Shown here piece after piece: positions 63,896-64,000 of a stretch of DNA of 64,000 nucleotides. The notes under the pieces are model-generated. The model was not told where the DNA came from and searched no databases. It was given only the letters and a program-made list of their open reading frames with translations. Made by a program: the position numbers and the translations under genes. Each line of letters starts with the position of its first letter. The first letter of the stretch is position 1. Source of the stretch: an uncultured Candidatus Poseidoniales archaeon (lineage in GTDB: Archaea; Thermoplasmatota; Poseidoniia; Poseidoniales; Poseidoniaceae); contig CAJJCP010000028.1 of NCBI GenBank assembly GCA_905182715.1, forward strand, positions 12,592-76,591. Direction: 5' to 3'.

Positions 63896-64000
63896 CATTT
63901 GTTCATAATTTAGCACCTGTGCTTGAAAGCAAACGTGAAGAACTCACTGCATGGATGTCCCAAAAAAGAACCGAAGTGCCTATTCCGATCTATGGTAGTG
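63892..64000 (+). CDS. gshA: Probable glutamate--cysteine ligase N-terminus (runs off right edge)
   Basis: GAGGTGA RBS, TTG start overlapping the asnB stop; MTFVHNLAPVLESKREELTAWMSQKRTEVPIPIYGS resembles the ..W......PFY.SVD start of the ATP-grasp-type GshA family. Confidence 0.5.
   Translation, partial: MTFVHNLAPVLESKREELTAWMSQKRTEVPIPIYGS

Overview
Chromosomal window from a marine euryarchaeon, most likely Marine Group II (Ca. Poseidoniales). This is inferred from archaeal information genes (aTrm56, aIF-2beta, aRF1, class I LysRS, NOG1-type GTPase, XPD/Rad3) mixed with bacterial-type metabolism (folP/folB, carAB, dut, cspA, class Ia nrdBA, branched-chain 2-oxoacid dehydrogenase with lipA/lipB, gdhA, biotin carboxyltransferase, B12 mutase domain/meaB, asnB, partial gshA) and very large acidic Ca-binding surface proteins. 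There is one tRNA-Leu(TAA) and no integrase, transposase or CRISPR array. Right of about 25 kb there are about 12 single-base frameshifts, 11 of them +1, which look like sequencing or assembly errors. The best leads are: (1) a GC-rich multi-hairpin element with a perfect 9-nt loop-loop complement between an RHH regulator gene and the XPD helicase (about 49.27-49.50 kb); (2) a roughly 3000-aa anchored transglutaminase-like surface protein with an altered catalytic triad; (3) ORB-like direct repeats upstream of nrdB; (4) a G-U-rich structured element after nrdA; and (5) a SAP domain fused through a membrane helix to an M28 peptidase. All calls come from motif recognition by eye; no database searches were run.
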